Assembly: GCA_018399515.1 (NCBI GenBank)
Contig: JAGYOB010000071.1
Span: 1-31,979, forward strand
DNA from: Candidatus Nanopelagicales bacterium
Lineage (GTDB): Bacteria; Actinomycetota; Actinomycetes; S36-B12
Direction: 5' to 3'
Length of the DNA: 31,979 bases
Below the pieces are notes generated by a model that was not told where the DNA came from, ran no database searches, and worked only from the letters and a program-made list of their open reading frames with translations. Positions 20,106-30,706 of the stretch are shown one piece after another (position 1 is the first letter of the stretch; each line of letters begins with the position of its first letter). The position numbers and the translations under genes are program-made.

Positions 20106-21302
20106 GTGTCCCCACGCCTATTTACTTCGGAATCCGTGACCGAAGGTCACCCGGACAAGATGGCCGATCAGATCTCTGATGCGATCCTCGACGACCTGCT
20201 CGGCCAGGATCCGCGAAGCCGTGTGGCGGTGGAGACGCTGTTGACTACGGGGCAGGTTCATGTGGCCGGTGAGGTCACCACCTCAGGATTCGCCGATGTC
20301 ATGCGGATCGTTCGCGACGTCGTGCTCGACATCGGCTACGACTCCTCGGTCAAGGGCTTCGATGGTGAATCGTGCGGGATCTCGGTCTCGATGGGAAAGC
20401 AGTCGCCGGATATCGCACAGGGCGTCGACGATGCGTTCGAGGAGCGCGTCGACCACAGTTCCGATCCTCTCGATCGTCAGGGTGCCGGCGATCAGGGTTT
20501 GATGTTCGGTTACGCCACGGACGAGACCCCCACGTTCATGCCATTGCCGATCTCGCTCGCGCATCGCCTCTCTGAGCGTCTGGCGAAGGTGCGCAAATCC
20601 GGTGACGTTCCCTACCTTCGCCCCGATGGCAAGACCCAGGTCACGATCGAATACGACGCTGAGGATCGACCTGTCCGCATCGACACCATCGTGGTGTCCA
20701 GCCAGCATGCACGCGACATCAACCTCGATACGTTGCTGACCCCGGATATTCGCAAGCATGTCGTGGAGCCCATTCTCGAAACGGTCGAACTCGACAGCCG
20801 TGATTACCGACTCCTGGTCAATCCGACCGGCCGCTTCGAAATCGGTGGCCCGATGGGTGATGCCGGGTTGACCGGTCGCAAGATCATCGTCGACACCTAC
20901 GGCGGAATGGCCCGGCATGGCGGTGGGGCTTTCTCCGGCAAGGATCCCTCGAAGGTCGATCGTTCGGCGACCTATGCGATGCGCTGGGTCGCCAAGAACG
21001 TCGTAGCGTCGGGCCTCGCTAAACGCTGCGAGGTCCAGGTTGCCTACGCGATCGGCAAGGCTCAGCCCGTCGGCGTCTTCGTGCAGACCTTCGGCACCGG
21101 TGTGCTGCCCGATGAGAAAATCCAGCAGATCGTCCAGGAGGTGTTCGACCTGCGTCCCGGGGCGATCATCGCCGATCTCGATCTCCTGCGACCGATCTAC
21201 CGGCAGACAGCCGCATATGGTCACTTCGGCCGTGAACTTCCCGATTTCGCATGGGAACGCACCGATCGTGTCGACGCACTGAGAGCCGCTGCCGGCATCT
21301 AG
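20106..21302 (+). CDS. metK: S-adenosylmethionine synthetase, about 398 aa
   Basis: [71 protein letters not shown]. Two in-frame GTGs (20100, 20106); 20106 is better spaced from SD AAGGAG 20091-96. Confidence 0.98.
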   Translation: MSPRLFTSESVTEGHPDKMADQISDAILDDLLGQDPRSRVAVETLLTTGQVHVAGEVTTSGFADVMRIVRDVVLDIGYDSSVKGFDGESCGISVSMGKQSPDIAQGVDDAFEERVDHSSDPLDRQGAGDQGLMFGYATDETPTFMPLPISLAHRLSERLAKVRKSGDVPYLRPDGKTQVTIEYDAEDRPVRIDTIVVSSQHARDINLDTLLTPDIRKHVVEPILETVELDSRDYRLLVNPTGRFEIGGPMGDAGLTGRKIIVDTYGGMARHGGGAFSGKDPSKVDRSATYAMRWVAKNVVASGLAKRCEVQVAYAIGKAQPVGVFVQTFGTGVLPDEKIQQIVQEVFDLRPGAIIADLDLLRPIYRQTAAYGHFGRELPDFAWERTDRVDALRAAAGI

Positions 21303-21324
21303 CCGCACTCGCGTCGGTCCTCCC

Positions 21325-21333
21325 TGGCACGAT
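21325..21333 (+). promoter_or_regulatory. Candidate extended -10 (TGG-CACGAT) for a leaderless priA mRNA
   Basis: TGn plus a -10-like hexamer ending 7 nt before GTG 21341; no SD visible. Confidence 0.4.
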
Positions 21334-21340
21334 CGCCCTC

Positions 21341-23281
21341 GTGAGTCAGCAGGCAGGTATCGAGGATCGACCGGTCGCCCGCGTGGCCCTCGATGTCTCA
21401 CTGACCCACCTGGATCGGTACTTCGACTACGCCGTCCCCGAGATGCTGTCGCAGCAGGCGGTGCCCGGTGTGCGAGTGCGGGTACGGTTCGCCGGTCGGC
21501 AGGTCGGTGGCTTCATCGTCGATCGCGTCGCCGAGAGCGAGCACCGGCTCAGTCCCCTGACCAAGGTGGTCTCGTCCCTTCCCGTGCTGACGCCGGCGAC
21601 GCTCCGGCTGGCGCGATCGGTCGCCGATCGCTACGCCGGAACCCTGGCCGATGTGCTTCGGGCCGCTATCCCGCCACGCCACGCGCGAGCCGAAGCCGCG
21701 GTTCTGGCGAGCCCCGCCGGGGGCGACCGCGACGGTGATCGTGGTCAACCATCCCCGGGTACCTGGGGTGACTACACCGGAGGCGCCGCACTCGTTCGTC
21801 GCTCGGTCCGGGGTGAACCGGTTCGCGCGGTCTGGGACGTCGGACCCGGAGAGGACTGGTCGCAGAACATGGCCGCGCTCGCAGCGCAGGCCCATCATCA
21901 CGGCCGCGGCATGATCGCCGTTGTGCCCGACGCGCGTGATGTGCACCGAGCGCAGGATGCCGTGACCCGGGCCATCGGACGCGACTCCTTCGAGGTGCTC
22001 ACCGCGGATGCTGGCCCACAGCGGCGTTACTCCGCGTTCGTCCGCCTGATCACCGGGCGTACATCGATAGCGATCGGCACCCGGGCGGCCTGCTTCGCCC
22101 CCGTTCCTGATGACAGCCTGCTGTGGATTCTCGACGATGGCGAGGAGACCTACGCCGAACCACATGCACCGGGGTGGCACGCACGCGAGGTTCTGGCGCT
22201 GCGCTCGCACCTGTTCGCCACCCCGCTGATCGCTGCAGGGGCGACTCGCTCCGTGGTGGCCCAATCGTGGATTGACTCCGGCTGGGCGGCACCGGTGTCG
22301 ATGCCCCGCGACCTCATCCGGCAGCGATCACCCCGGGTCCATCCACTCGATGAAGGGGACAACTCCGAGCGCGTCCCCGAGAGGGCATGGACGGTCGCCC
22401 GGAATGGGCTCAAGGACGGTCCCGTTCTGCTCCAGGTCGCCAGGCGGGGATATGTCCCGGCCACCGCTTGTCAACGCTGCCGTTCAGTTGCCCGGTGCAC
22501 CGCCTGCGCGGGACCCCTGACGCTCGCAGGCCCGGGCGCTGTCGCGACGTGCTCGTGGTGTCATGCACCAGCGCCCTCGTGGCGTTGTCCGGAGTGTGGT
22601 GACACCCGACTGCGCGCCACCGCCAGAGGATCGACGCGGACCGCGGAGGAACTCGGTCGGGCATTCCCGCAGGTCCCGGTCATCGCGTCGGGCGGTGATC
22701 GCATCGTGACTGAGGTGCCGGGGACGCCCGCGCTGGTCGTCGCGACTCCGGGGGCCGAGCCATGGGTCGAGGACGGTTATACCGCCGTGATCCTCCTCGA
22801 TGCCGAACGGATGCTGTCCCGAGGGGCGCTGGGTGCCGAAGAAGAGACCCTGCGTCGCTGGTTCACCGCCGCATCCCTCGCTCGACCTGGTGCGCCGTTG
22901 GTTGTCACAGCACAGGCATCGCTTGCCGCGGTGCAGGCCCTGGTCCGGTGGGATCCGGGTTGGTTCGCCGCTCGTGACCTAGCCCAGCGGGTGGAGTTGG
23001 GGTTGCCACCCGCTCGCCGCAGCGCCACCGTGACCGGACCCGTCGGTGCGGTCACGTCGGTGCGCGAGTTCCTGCCCGACGAGGTCGAGGTTTTCGGTCC
23101 CACGTCCGTGGGTGCTGACCGCACCCGAGTGCTCCTGCTGGTGGATCGTGACCACGCCGGGGTGATGACCGAGGCCCTCAAGCAGGCGATGTCGGTCCTG
23201 TCGGCGCGCCGGGAAGCGGCCGGCGTCGAGGTGCGAGTCGATCCGGTGGACTGGGGTGGCGAACTCGGCCACCTAGACTGA
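21341..23281 (+). CDS. priA: Primosomal protein N' / replication restart protein PriA, actinobacterial type with degenerate helicase motifs, about 646 aa
   Basis: N-terminal HLDRYFDY...PGVRVRVRFAGR, IGTRAACFAP, QVARRGY; four CxxC pairs (CQRC, CTAC, CSWC, CPEC); RTAEELGRAFP, VATPGAEP, ELGLPP. Confidence 0.92.
   Translation: MSQQAGIEDRPVARVALDVSLTHLDRYFDYAVPEMLSQQAVPGVRVRVRFAGRQVGGFIVDRVAESEHRLSPLTKVVSSLPVLTPATLRLARSVADRYAGTLADVLRAAIPPRHARAEAAVLASPAGGDRDGDRGQPSPGTWGDYTGGAALVRRSVRGEPVRAVWDVGPGEDWSQNMAALAAQAHHHGRGMIAVVPDARDVHRAQDAVTRAIGRDSFEVLTADAGPQRRYSAFVRLITGRTSIAIGTRAACFAPVPDDSLLWILDDGEETYAEPHAPGWHAREVLALRSHLFATPLIAAGATRSVVAQSWIDSGWAAPVSMPRDLIRQRSPRVHPLDEGDNSERVPERAWTVARNGLKDGPVLLQVARRGYVPATACQRCRSVARCTACAGPLTLAGPGAVATCSWCHAPAPSWRCPECGDTRLRATARGSTRTAEELGRAFPQVPVIASGGDRIVTEVPGTPALVVATPGAEPWVEDGYTAVILLDAERMLSRGALGAEEETLRRWFTAASLARPGAPLVVTAQASLAAVQALVRWDPGWFAARDLAQRVELGLPPARRSATVTGPVGAVTSVREFLPDEVEVFGPTSVGADRTRVLLLVDRDHAGVMTEALKQAMSVLSARREAAGVEVRVDPVDWGGELGHLD
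23274..23279 (+). promoter_or_regulatory. Candidate -10 element (TAGACT) for def-fmt-rsmB in the last codons of priA
   Basis: TANNNT hexamer of common actinobacterial form, about 55 nt before the def ATG; SD GGGAG at 23325-29. Confidence 0.5.
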
Positions 23282-23295
23282 GAGGGTCGTAGCCG

Positions 23296-23321
23296 CTGAT
23301 CACCACTGATCACCCCTGATC
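23296..23321 (+). repeat. 10-bp-period tandem repeat CTGATCACCA-CTGATCACCC-CTGATC
   Basis: Read directly in the priA-def intergenic region; contains two perfect TGATCA palindromes. Confidence 0.85.
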
Positions 23322-23334
23322 CACGGGAGCCACC

Positions 23335-23880
23335 ATGGCAGTCCAACCTATTCGTCTGTTCGGCGATCCGATCCTGCGCACTCCAGCGCAGGAGGTCGTC
23401 GACTTCGATAAGGAATTGCGCAGGCTGGTCGCTGATCTCACCGAGACGATGCGCGATGCCCCCGGCAGTGGATTGGCCGCTCCCCAGATCGGTGTCTCGC
23501 TGAGGGTGTTCACATGGTGGGTTGACGACGAACTCGGTCACCTGTGCAATCCGAGTCTCGATCTGTCCGAAGAGACCCAGGACGGTGAAGAGGGCTGCCT
23601 GAGCATCCCCGAGCTGGCCTTCGACACCCGAAGGGCCCAACGCGTGGTAGCCCGGGGATTCGACATGCATGGCGAACCGGTGACCATCGAGGGCAGCGAC
23701 CTCCTGGCCCGAGCCATCCAGCACGAGACCGATCACCTCGACGGGGTGTTGTTCATCGATCGACTCGATGCCCAAACGCGCAAGGAAGCGATGAAGGCGA
23801 TTCGCGAGGCTGAGTGGTTCGGTGAGCCGGCCCCGACGGTGAAGCTCAGCCCGCATTCGATTTCAGCGAAATGGCTGTGA
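23335..23880 (+). CDS. def: Peptide deformylase, 181 aa
   Basis: [24 protein letters not shown] (HExxH). Confidence 0.97.
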   Translation: MAVQPIRLFGDPILRTPAQEVVDFDKELRRLVADLTETMRDAPGSGLAAPQIGVSLRVFTWWVDDELGHLCNPSLDLSEETQDGEEGCLSIPELAFDTRRAQRVVARGFDMHGEPVTIEGSDLLARAIQHETDHLDGVLFIDRLDAQTRKEAMKAIREAEWFGEPAPTVKLSPHSISAKWL

Positions 23881-23884
23881 TCGC

Positions 23885-24835
23885 GTGCGCGTCGTATTCG
23901 CGGGAACTCCACATGCCGCCGTGCCATCACTGGACGCCCTGATCGGCTCTGCCCATGAGGTGTGTGCGGTGCTCACCCGACCTGACGCCCCGGTCGGTCG
24001 TGGCCGCCGGATGGAACGCAGTCCGGTGGGGGTGCGCGCCGATGAAGCCGGCATCCCGGTGTGGATGCCGACCAGCCTGCGAGATACCGGCTTCCAGGAT
24101 GAGCTCGCCGCGTTAGCCCCGGATGCCTGCCCGATCGTCGCCTACGGCGCACTCGTGCCGCCGGCCGCTCTGGAAATCCCGGTACACGGGTGGATCAACC
24201 TGCACTTCTCGCTTCTGCCGGCGTGGCGGGGAGCAGCGCCGGTGCAGCATGCGATCTGGCACGGAGATGACGTCACCGGCGCGTCCACGTTCATCCTCGA
24301 GGAGGGATTGGACACCGGACCGGTGCTCGGCACGGTCACCGAATCCATCGGCCCGACAGACACCAGCGGGGATCTGCTGCAGCGATTGGCGATGAGTGGC
24401 GCGCAGTTATTGCTGCACACCCTCGATGGGCTCGCCGCGGGTGCCGTGACTGCAGTACCCCAACCCGGCGACGGCGTGAGTCTCGCGCCCAAGATCGACG
24501 TAGCCGATGCTCAGGTTGATTTCACTCAGCCCGCTGTCCGCGTCGATCGTCAGATCCGGGCCTGCACCCCGGCACCGGGGGCGTGGACGCAGTTCCGCGG
24601 CGAACGTTTGCGGCTGGGACCGGTATCGATCGAACCGGTGTCCATCGACACGGATGCGCCGGCTGAGTTCATCGGGTTGGGGCCGGGGGCGGTCGGCGCC
24701 GGAAAGCGCGATGTCTGGGTGGGCACGGCATCGACTCCGGTGCGCCTCGGTGAGGTGACCCCAGCCGGAAAGCGTCCGATGGCGGCTGCGGATTGGGCTC
24801 GTGGCGTGCGCATCGACGGTGACATTCTTCGATGA
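23885..24835 (+). CDS. fmt: Methionyl-tRNA formyltransferase, 316 aa
   Basis: [56 protein letters not shown]. Confidence 0.97.
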   Translation: MRVVFAGTPHAAVPSLDALIGSAHEVCAVLTRPDAPVGRGRRMERSPVGVRADEAGIPVWMPTSLRDTGFQDELAALAPDACPIVAYGALVPPAALEIPVHGWINLHFSLLPAWRGAAPVQHAIWHGDDVTGASTFILEEGLDTGPVLGTVTESIGPTDTSGDLLQRLAMSGAQLLLHTLDGLAAGAVTAVPQPGDGVSLAPKIDVADAQVDFTQPAVRVDRQIRACTPAPGAWTQFRGERLRLGPVSIEPVSIDTDAPAEFIGLGPGAVGAGKRDVWVGTASTPVRLGEVTPAGKRPMAAADWARGVRIDGDILR

Positions 24836-24845
24836 GCGTCACTCG

Positions 24846-26258
24846 ATGAACCAGCGACGACCGCGACACCCCCGTCCAGCCCGTGGCGCCCGTGGCGCTG
24901 CTTACGACCTGCTGCACGCGGTTGCCGCTGATGACGCGTACGCCAATCTCGTGTGGCCGGACATCCTTGCGCATTCCGGTCTCGATGAAAGAGATTCCGC
25001 CTTCGCCACCGAATTGGCCTACGGCACTCTGCGATGGCGGGGATTCCTCGACGCGGTGATCGCCGACTGTCTTGATCGACCTCTCGATCGCATCGATCCA
25101 CGCGTCCTGGACCTGCTGCGGCTGGGCACCTATCAGCTCCTGATGGTGTCGACTGCCGATCACGCTGCTGTCGCCGAAACGGTGACGTTGGCGAAGTCTG
25201 TGGCAGGGGAGGGCCCGGCGCGTCTGGTGAATGCGGTGTTGCGTCGGATCGCTCGCGAGGGAGATCGGGATGTCTGGCGTGCGCGAGTGGCGCCCACTGA
25301 GTCGATATCGGATCTTTCCGTGGCCTGGTCGCATCCGCAGTGGATCACCACGGCTCTGGCGGAGGCGCTCGCAGCCCACGGTCGCAGGGACGAACTGACC
25401 GACCTCCTGCAGGCAGACAACATCCCCGCGCGCCCAACGCTCATCGCACGCCCGAGCCTGCTGCCGGTGGCCGAGCTTCTCGCCGATCCCGGTGTCGAAC
25501 CGGGCCGCTGGTCGCCATACGCCGCGGTTCTTCGACATGGCAGACCTGACGACATCGCGGCAGTGCGCGATGGGCGAGCCGGAGTGCAAGACGAGGGCAG
25601 TCAACTCATCGTTCTCGCGTTGGTCGATGCTCCGCTCGAGGGTCCCGATCGCACGTGGGTCGACCTAGCTTCGGGCCCGGGTGGCAAGGCGGCGCTGCTG
25701 GCGGGCCTGGCGGTTGAACGCGGCGCACACCTGATCGCCGTCGAGCCGCATGAGCATCGCGCGCAGTTGGTGCGTCAAGCGCTGCGTGCGTATCCGCGTG
25801 GAGTGGCTGAGGTGATCTGTGCTGACGGTCGCGACTCGCTGCCAGCGGCGAGCGCTGATCGCGTCCTTGTCGATGCGCCATGCACGGGACTGGGTGCGCT
25901 GCGCCGGCGGCCTGAGGCGCGATGGCGGCGGTCACCTGCCGATCTGGCCACTCTCGGTCCCTTGCAGCGTGAATTGCTCGAAGCCGCCATGACCATCGTC
26001 CGCCCCGGGGGAGTGGTGGCCTATGCGACCTGTTCGCCTCATCGTGGCGAGACCGATGCGGTCGTCGACGATGTCGTGCGGCGCCTGACCGACAGGGGTG
26101 AAGTGGTGGAGCGTGTCGACGCTCCACCGGTTCTCGACGGTGTACCCGATCTTGGACCCGGTCCGCACGTGCGGCTGTGGCCGCACATTCACGGCACCGA
26201 TGGGATGTACCTGGCCCTCCTGCGCCGAGGCACCACAGCGCTACCCTCGCCCGTGTGA
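24846..26258 (+). CDS. rsmB: 16S rRNA m5C methyltransferase, RsmB/Sun family, with N-terminal NusB-like domain, about 470 aa
   Basis: [52 protein letters not shown] and YATCS (both catalytic Cys present). ATG 24846 follows the fmt stop. Confidence 0.92.
   Translation: MNQRRPRHPRPARGARGAAYDLLHAVAADDAYANLVWPDILAHSGLDERDSAFATELAYGTLRWRGFLDAVIADCLDRPLDRIDPRVLDLLRLGTYQLLMVSTADHAAVAETVTLAKSVAGEGPARLVNAVLRRIAREGDRDVWRARVAPTESISDLSVAWSHPQWITTALAEALAAHGRRDELTDLLQADNIPARPTLIARPSLLPVAELLADPGVEPGRWSPYAAVLRHGRPDDIAAVRDGRAGVQDEGSQLIVLALVDAPLEGPDRTWVDLASGPGGKAALLAGLAVERGAHLIAVEPHEHRAQLVRQALRAYPRGVAEVICADGRDSLPAASADRVLVDAPCTGLGALRRRPEARWRRSPADLATLGPLQRELLEAAMTIVRPGGVVAYATCSPHRGETDAVVDDVVRRLTDRGEVVERVDAPPVLDGVPDLGPGPHVRLWPHIHGTDGMYLALLRRGTTALPSPV
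26242..26247 (+). promoter_or_regulatory. Candidate -10 (TACCCT) for a leaderless rpe-rib mRNA
   Basis: TANNNT ending 7 nt before the rpe GTG at 26255; no SD visible. Confidence 0.45.
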
Positions 26259-26923
26259 AGCCGTTGATCTGCCCCAGCCTGCTGTCCGCCGACTTTGCTC
26301 GACTCGCTGATGAGATCAGCCGGGTGGGGTCAGCGGACTGGTTGCACGTGGACGTCATGGATTACCACTTCGTGCCCAACCTGACCCTGGGGCTCCCGAT
26401 CGTGGAATCCCTGCGGGCCGCGACGGACATCCCCCTCGACTGCCACCTGATGATCGATGACCCAGATCGTTGGGCGCCCGGTTATGCCGAAGCAGGGGCG
26501 GGCAGCGTCACCTTCCACGCCGAGGCGGCCAAAGCCCCGCTCCGATTAGCTCGGACCCTGCGTGCGGCCGGGGCGCGCGCCGGACTGGCGCTGAACCCGG
26601 GCACCTCGGTCGAGCCCTATGCCGATCTCCTCGTCGATTTCGACATGCTGCTGATCATGACCGTCGAGCCGGGCTTCGGGGGGCAACCGTTCCTTCCCGA
26701 GGTGCTGGCGAAACTGCGTCGGGCCCGTGAGATCGCCGACGCGCGCGGCCTGGACATCTGGTTGCAGGTCGATGGCGGCGTCTCACCGGCGACGATCGAG
26801 CAGTGCGCGGATGCCGGAGCGACGGTTTTCGTCGCTGGCTCTGCGGTGTTCGGGGCGGACGACCCCGATCGGATGATCGAACAGTTGCGCACGATGGCAG
26901 CGCAGGCTTCGTCGACGTCATGA
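26255..26923 (+). CDS. rpe: Ribulose-phosphate 3-epimerase, about 222 aa
   Basis: [59 protein letters not shown]. Confidence 0.97.
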   Translation: MKPLICPSLLSADFARLADEISRVGSADWLHVDVMDYHFVPNLTLGLPIVESLRAATDIPLDCHLMIDDPDRWAPGYAEAGAGSVTFHAEAAKAPLRLARTLRAAGARAGLALNPGTSVEPYADLLVDFDMLLIMTVEPGFGGQPFLPEVLAKLRRAREIADARGLDIWLQVDGGVSPATIEQCADAGATVFVAGSAVFGADDPDRMIEQLRTMAAQASSTS

Positions 26924-27969
26924 CGGTCGATGAGCAGGTGGCATTGGCCACAGCCCTCGATCTCGCCCGCACTCCAGGGGTGCCACCGGGACCCAACCCT
27001 CGGGTGGGATGCGTGATCCTCACCCCCGATGGCGGGGTCGTCGGTCGGGGTTGGCACCGGGGGGCAGGCACCCCGCACGCCGAAGTGGCCGCACTGGCGG
27101 AGGCAGGCGAACTCGCCGCGGGTGCAACCGCGGTCGTCACGCTGGAACCGTGCGATCACCAGGGTCGGACCGGACCATGCACCCAGGCACTACGCGACGC
27201 TGGCATCGCCCGGGTCGTCTACGCCATGACCGACCCCAGCGAGACCGGGGGTGGGGGAGCGGCGCGATTGGCACGGGATGGTGTCGATGTGGTCCTCGCT
27301 GAAGGCGAGGAAGCGCGGCGGGCGCGGGACTTCCTGGCCCCCTGGGCCTTCGCGGTGACCCATGAGCGCCCGTACGTCACCGTGAAGGTGGCAGCCTCCC
27401 TCGATGGGCGCGTTGCGGCAGACGATGGCAGCAGCCGCTGGATTACCGGCGACGAATCGCGTCGAGATGTGCATGCACTCCGTGCCGACGTAGACGCTGT
27501 TGTCGTGGGAACCGGAACAGTGGCCATCGACGACCCGCACTTGACGGTCCGCGAGGTCGATGCTGGCGGTTTCCAGCCGATCCCGGTGATCGTCGGAATG
27601 CGCGAGCTGCCCGAGTCTGCGCACCTGGCGCAGGAGGTGGCTCGTGGAGAAGCGATGCACATCCGCAGCCATGACCCGCACGAAGCCCTGGCGCAGTTAC
27701 AGGCCAGGGGGGTGCGGCATGTGCTGGTTGAGGGTGGACCCACACTGGCGGCGGCCTGGTTGCGCGCCGATGTGGTGGATCGATTGATCTGGTTCGTGGC
27801 GCCGGTCATCCTCGGGGCTGGTGCCCTCGCTATGGGGGATCTGGGGGTGCGGACCCTGACCGATGCTCGCCGGTGGCAGGTGGTGGATGTGTGCCGTCGC
27901 GGGGATGATGCGAGGATCATGGCCGTTCCCACTGAGCGGGATCGCCCGAAACGCACCGATGTCGACTGA
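26920..27969 (+). CDS. ribD: Riboflavin biosynthesis deaminase/reductase RibD, about 349 aa
   Basis: [25 protein letters not shown] (Zn), [37 protein letters not shown] overlap with rpe. Confidence 0.95.
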   Translation: MTVDEQVALATALDLARTPGVPPGPNPRVGCVILTPDGGVVGRGWHRGAGTPHAEVAALAEAGELAAGATAVVTLEPCDHQGRTGPCTQALRDAGIARVVYAMTDPSETGGGGAARLARDGVDVVLAEGEEARRARDFLAPWAFAVTHERPYVTVKVAASLDGRVAADDGSSRWITGDESRRDVHALRADVDAVVVGTGTVAIDDPHLTVREVDAGGFQPIPVIVGMRELPESAHLAQEVARGEAMHIRSHDPHEALAQLQARGVRHVLVEGGPTLAAAWLRADVVDRLIWFVAPVILGAGALAMGDLGVRTLTDARRWQVVDVCRRGDDARIMAVPTERDRPKRTDVD

Positions 27970-27989
27970 CCATGAAGGGAACGTGACCT

Positions 27990-28643
27990 GTGTTCACCGG
28001 GATCGTCGAGGAACGTGGCCGCATCGTCGATGTGGTGCATCTTCCCGATGAGGCTGCGCGTGTGCGCATACGTGGACCTCGCGTGACTGCTGATGTGCGA
28101 CTGGGTGACTCGATCGCTGTCAACGGCGTATGCCTCACGGTGTCGAATCTGGACGGTGACGTTTTCGACGCCGATGTGATGCGCGAAACGCTGGTGCGCT
28201 CCTCTCTCGCCGATATCGATGTCGACAGCGAGGTCAATCTGGAGCGTGCCGTGACACCGTCGACCCGACTGGGTGGTCACCTTATGCAGGGCCATGTCGA
28301 TGGCACCGGTGTCATCATCGACCGCCAACCGACGGATCACTGGGAAATCGTGCGAATCGGACTGCCATCGCGCTTGGCGCGGTACGTGGTCGAAAAAGGC
28401 TCCATCGCGGTGGATGGCGTGTCACTGACCGTGGTCGAGACGCAGATGGGAGATGACGGAGATTGGTTCTCGGTCTCACTGATCCCCACGACTCTGGCCG
28501 AGACCACGTTGGGGCTGCGAGAAGTGGGAGCGACGGTGAACCTCGAGGTCGATGTGTTGGCCAAGTACGTCGAACGGGCCTTGGCATACGGTTCGTCCAC
28601 CCCTGAACCCGCGAGTGGCTCTGTGAGCGAGGAGACCCGATGA
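27990..28643 (+). CDS. ribE: Riboflavin synthase (alpha chain; ribC in E. coli nomenclature), 217 aa
   Basis: [56 protein letters not shown]. Confidence 0.96.
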   Translation: MFTGIVEERGRIVDVVHLPDEAARVRIRGPRVTADVRLGDSIAVNGVCLTVSNLDGDVFDADVMRETLVRSSLADIDVDSEVNLERAVTPSTRLGGHLMQGHVDGTGVIIDRQPTDHWEIVRIGLPSRLARYVVEKGSIAVDGVSLTVVETQMGDDGDWFSVSLIPTTLAETTLGLREVGATVNLEVDVLAKYVERALAYGSSTPEPASGSVSEETR

Positions 28644-29920
28644 CCGTCGAAGGCGCCGCAGCGCAGCAGGTGAGCGGGCACGATGAGGTCCTGCTGGACT
28701 CGATCGAGGATGCTGTCGCTGCAATACGGGCTGGCGCAGCGGTTGTGGTCGTCGATGATCCCGGTCGAGAGAACGAGGGTGATCTGATCTTCGCGGCGTC
28801 CCTGGCCACTTCGGAATTGACCGGCTTCATGATCAGGTACACCTCCGGATACATCTGCGTGGGGATGACCGGTCCTGATCTCGATCGCCTCGGGCTGCCA
28901 CCGATGACGGCGGTGAATGAGGATGCGCGAGGCACGGCCTACGCCGTCTCCGTTGATGCACGTGATGTCGAGGCCACGGGTATCAGTGCGCGAGATCGGT
29001 CGCACACGATCAAGGTTCTGGCTGATCCCGGGACCCAGCCCTATGACCTCGCACGACCCGGTCATGTGATGCCCCTGCGGGCCGTCGATGGTGGAGTTCT
29101 GCGTCGCGCCGGCCATACCGAGGCATCAGTGGACCTTGCGCGTATGGCGGGCCTTGCTCCTGCGGGGGCCCTGTGTGAGCTGGTCAATGATGACGGTTCC
29201 ATGATGCGGGCTCCCGAGTGCCGCGCGTTCGCCGATGAGCATGGTCTGGTGATGATCTCCATCCGCGATCTCATCGCCCATCGCGCTCGTCGAGAGAAGC
29301 ACGTCGAGCGAGTCGCAGAAGCGAAACTCCCCACAGAGTACGGCGACTTCCGTGTCGTCGGATTTCGCAACAGGCTCGATGGCATCGAGCATGTCGCGCT
29401 GGTGTGCGGCGACATCGGCGATGGTCATGAGGTGCTGACCCGAGTCCACTCCGAGTGCTTGACCGGTGACGTACTCGGATCCAAGCGATGCGACTGTGGG
29501 CCCCAGCTGCACGCAGCGATGGCCGCCGTGGGGCGGGAGGGTCGCGGTGTCGTGCTGTACCTGCGCGGTCATGAGGGCAGGGGGATCGGCCTGTTACACA
29601 AACTGCAGGCGTATCAATTGCAGGACTCCGGGCGCGACACCGTCGATGCCAACCTGGATCTGGGTTTGCCTATGGACGCCCGCGATTACGGAATGGGAGC
29701 CCAGATCCTCGCAGATCTGGGGATCCACTCCATGCGGTTGTTATCGAACAATCCGTCGAAGCGAGCCGGTTTGGAGGGCTACGGACTTCAGATATCCGAG
29801 CGGGTACCTCTCGTCATCGAACCGAATGAGCACAACATCGGCTACCTGCAGACCAAAGCGGCTCGTATGGGTCACGAGTTGTACATGCCCGACGGTCCAG
29901 AAGGAACGCCTGAATCATGA
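28640..29920 (+). CDS. ribBA: Bifunctional DHBP synthase / GTP cyclohydrolase II, 426 aa
   Basis: [23 protein letters not shown]; [20 protein letters not shown] (Zn Cys), [14 protein letters not shown]. Confidence 0.96.
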   Translation: MTVEGAAAQQVSGHDEVLLDSIEDAVAAIRAGAAVVVVDDPGRENEGDLIFAASLATSELTGFMIRYTSGYICVGMTGPDLDRLGLPPMTAVNEDARGTAYAVSVDARDVEATGISARDRSHTIKVLADPGTQPYDLARPGHVMPLRAVDGGVLRRAGHTEASVDLARMAGLAPAGALCELVNDDGSMMRAPECRAFADEHGLVMISIRDLIAHRARREKHVERVAEAKLPTEYGDFRVVGFRNRLDGIEHVALVCGDIGDGHEVLTRVHSECLTGDVLGSKRCDCGPQLHAAMAAVGREGRGVVLYLRGHEGRGIGLLHKLQAYQLQDSGRDTVDANLDLGLPMDARDYGMGAQILADLGIHSMRLLSNNPSKRAGLEGYGLQISERVPLVIEPNEHNIGYLQTKAARMGHELYMPDGPEGTPES

Positions 29921-30393
29921 GTGGCGGTGGAGCGCCATCGACCGATGTGGGTGATGTCGCTGGGTTGAAAGTGACGATTGTCGCCGCCTCCTGGCATGAC
30001 GTGGTGATGAACGGCCTTCTGGGTTCGGCCTCGGCCTATTGCCGCGAGGTGGGCGTCGATGCTGCGGTGGTGCGTGTGCCAGGTGCCTTCGAGTTGCCCA
30101 TCGTCGCTCGTGCTTGTGCATTGACCGGGGTTGACGCGGTCATCGCGCTCGGGGTGATCATTCGCGGGGGAACCCCGCATTTCGAATTCGTCTGCGAAGC
30201 GACGACGAGCGGCCTGACCAGGGTTGCCTTGGACACCGGGGTTCCGATCGGTTTCGGCGTGCTCACCTGCGATGACGAGACGCAGGCTCTCGATCGAGCG
30301 GGACTCCCGGGGTCGAGCGAGGACAAGGGTCGCGAAGCCGCTCATGCTGCGCTGGCTACGGCCTTGGTGCTGCGAGGCATTCCCACGCCGTAG
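29917..30393 (+). CDS. ribH: 6,7-dimethyl-8-ribityllumazine synthase, 158 aa
   Basis: [51 protein letters not shown]. Confidence 0.96.
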   Translation: MSGGGAPSTDVGDVAGLKVTIVAASWHDVVMNGLLGSASAYCREVGVDAAVVRVPGAFELPIVARACALTGVDAVIALGVIIRGGTPHFEFVCEATTSGLTRVALDTGVPIGFGVLTCDDETQALDRAGLPGSSEDKGREAAHAALATALVLRGIPTP

Positions 30394-30396
30394 GCT
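30391..30396 (+). promoter_or_regulatory. Candidate -10 (TAGGCT, using the ribH stop codon) for a leaderless hisE-hisG mRNA
   Basis: TANNNT ending 8 nt before the hisE GTG at 30405; no SD visible. Confidence 0.5.
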
Positions 30397-30404
30397 GGGC
30401 GCTC

Positions 30405-30668
30405 GTGAAGACTTTCGAGGAACTGTTCGTCGAGCTTCGAGCCAAGAAGCAGTCGACGGCGGAACCCAGCGGCACCACACGACTCCTCGACGAAGGCGTC
30501 CACGCCATCGGCAAGAAGATCGTCGAGGAGGCGGCTGAGGTGTGGATGGCTGCCGAATACGAGGGTCCAGACCGGACTGCCGAGGAAGTCGCCCAGTTGC
30601 TGTACTTCCTCCAGGTGCTCCTGGTGTCGCAGGACCTCACCTTGGAAGATGTCTACCGACGGCTGTAG
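30405..30668 (+). CDS. hisE: Phosphoribosyl-ATP pyrophosphatase, 87 aa
   Basis: [50 protein letters not shown]. Confidence 0.95.
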   Translation: MKTFEELFVELRAKKQSTAEPSGTTRLLDEGVHAIGKKIVEEAAEVWMAAEYEGPDRTAEEVAQLLYFLQVLLVSQDLTLEDVYRRL

Positions 30669-30706
30669 CCGTCCTCCCATACTGTCACTTCAGCGAAAGG
30701 CCACCT

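Noticed and set aside
20095-20110. GTCAGT-GTCAGT-GTC short tandem at the metK start
   Set aside because: A 6-nt in-frame duplication that only creates two alternative GTG starts; no evidence of function.
23296-23321. Repeat considered as a CRISPR remnant or mobile-element end
   Set aside because: The units are 10 bp with no spacers, and no cas or transposase gene is present.
25660-25700. RsmB motif I reads [10 protein letters not shown] without the usual Cys
   Set aside because: That Cys is not catalytic, and both catalytic cysteines (DAPC, TCS) are present.
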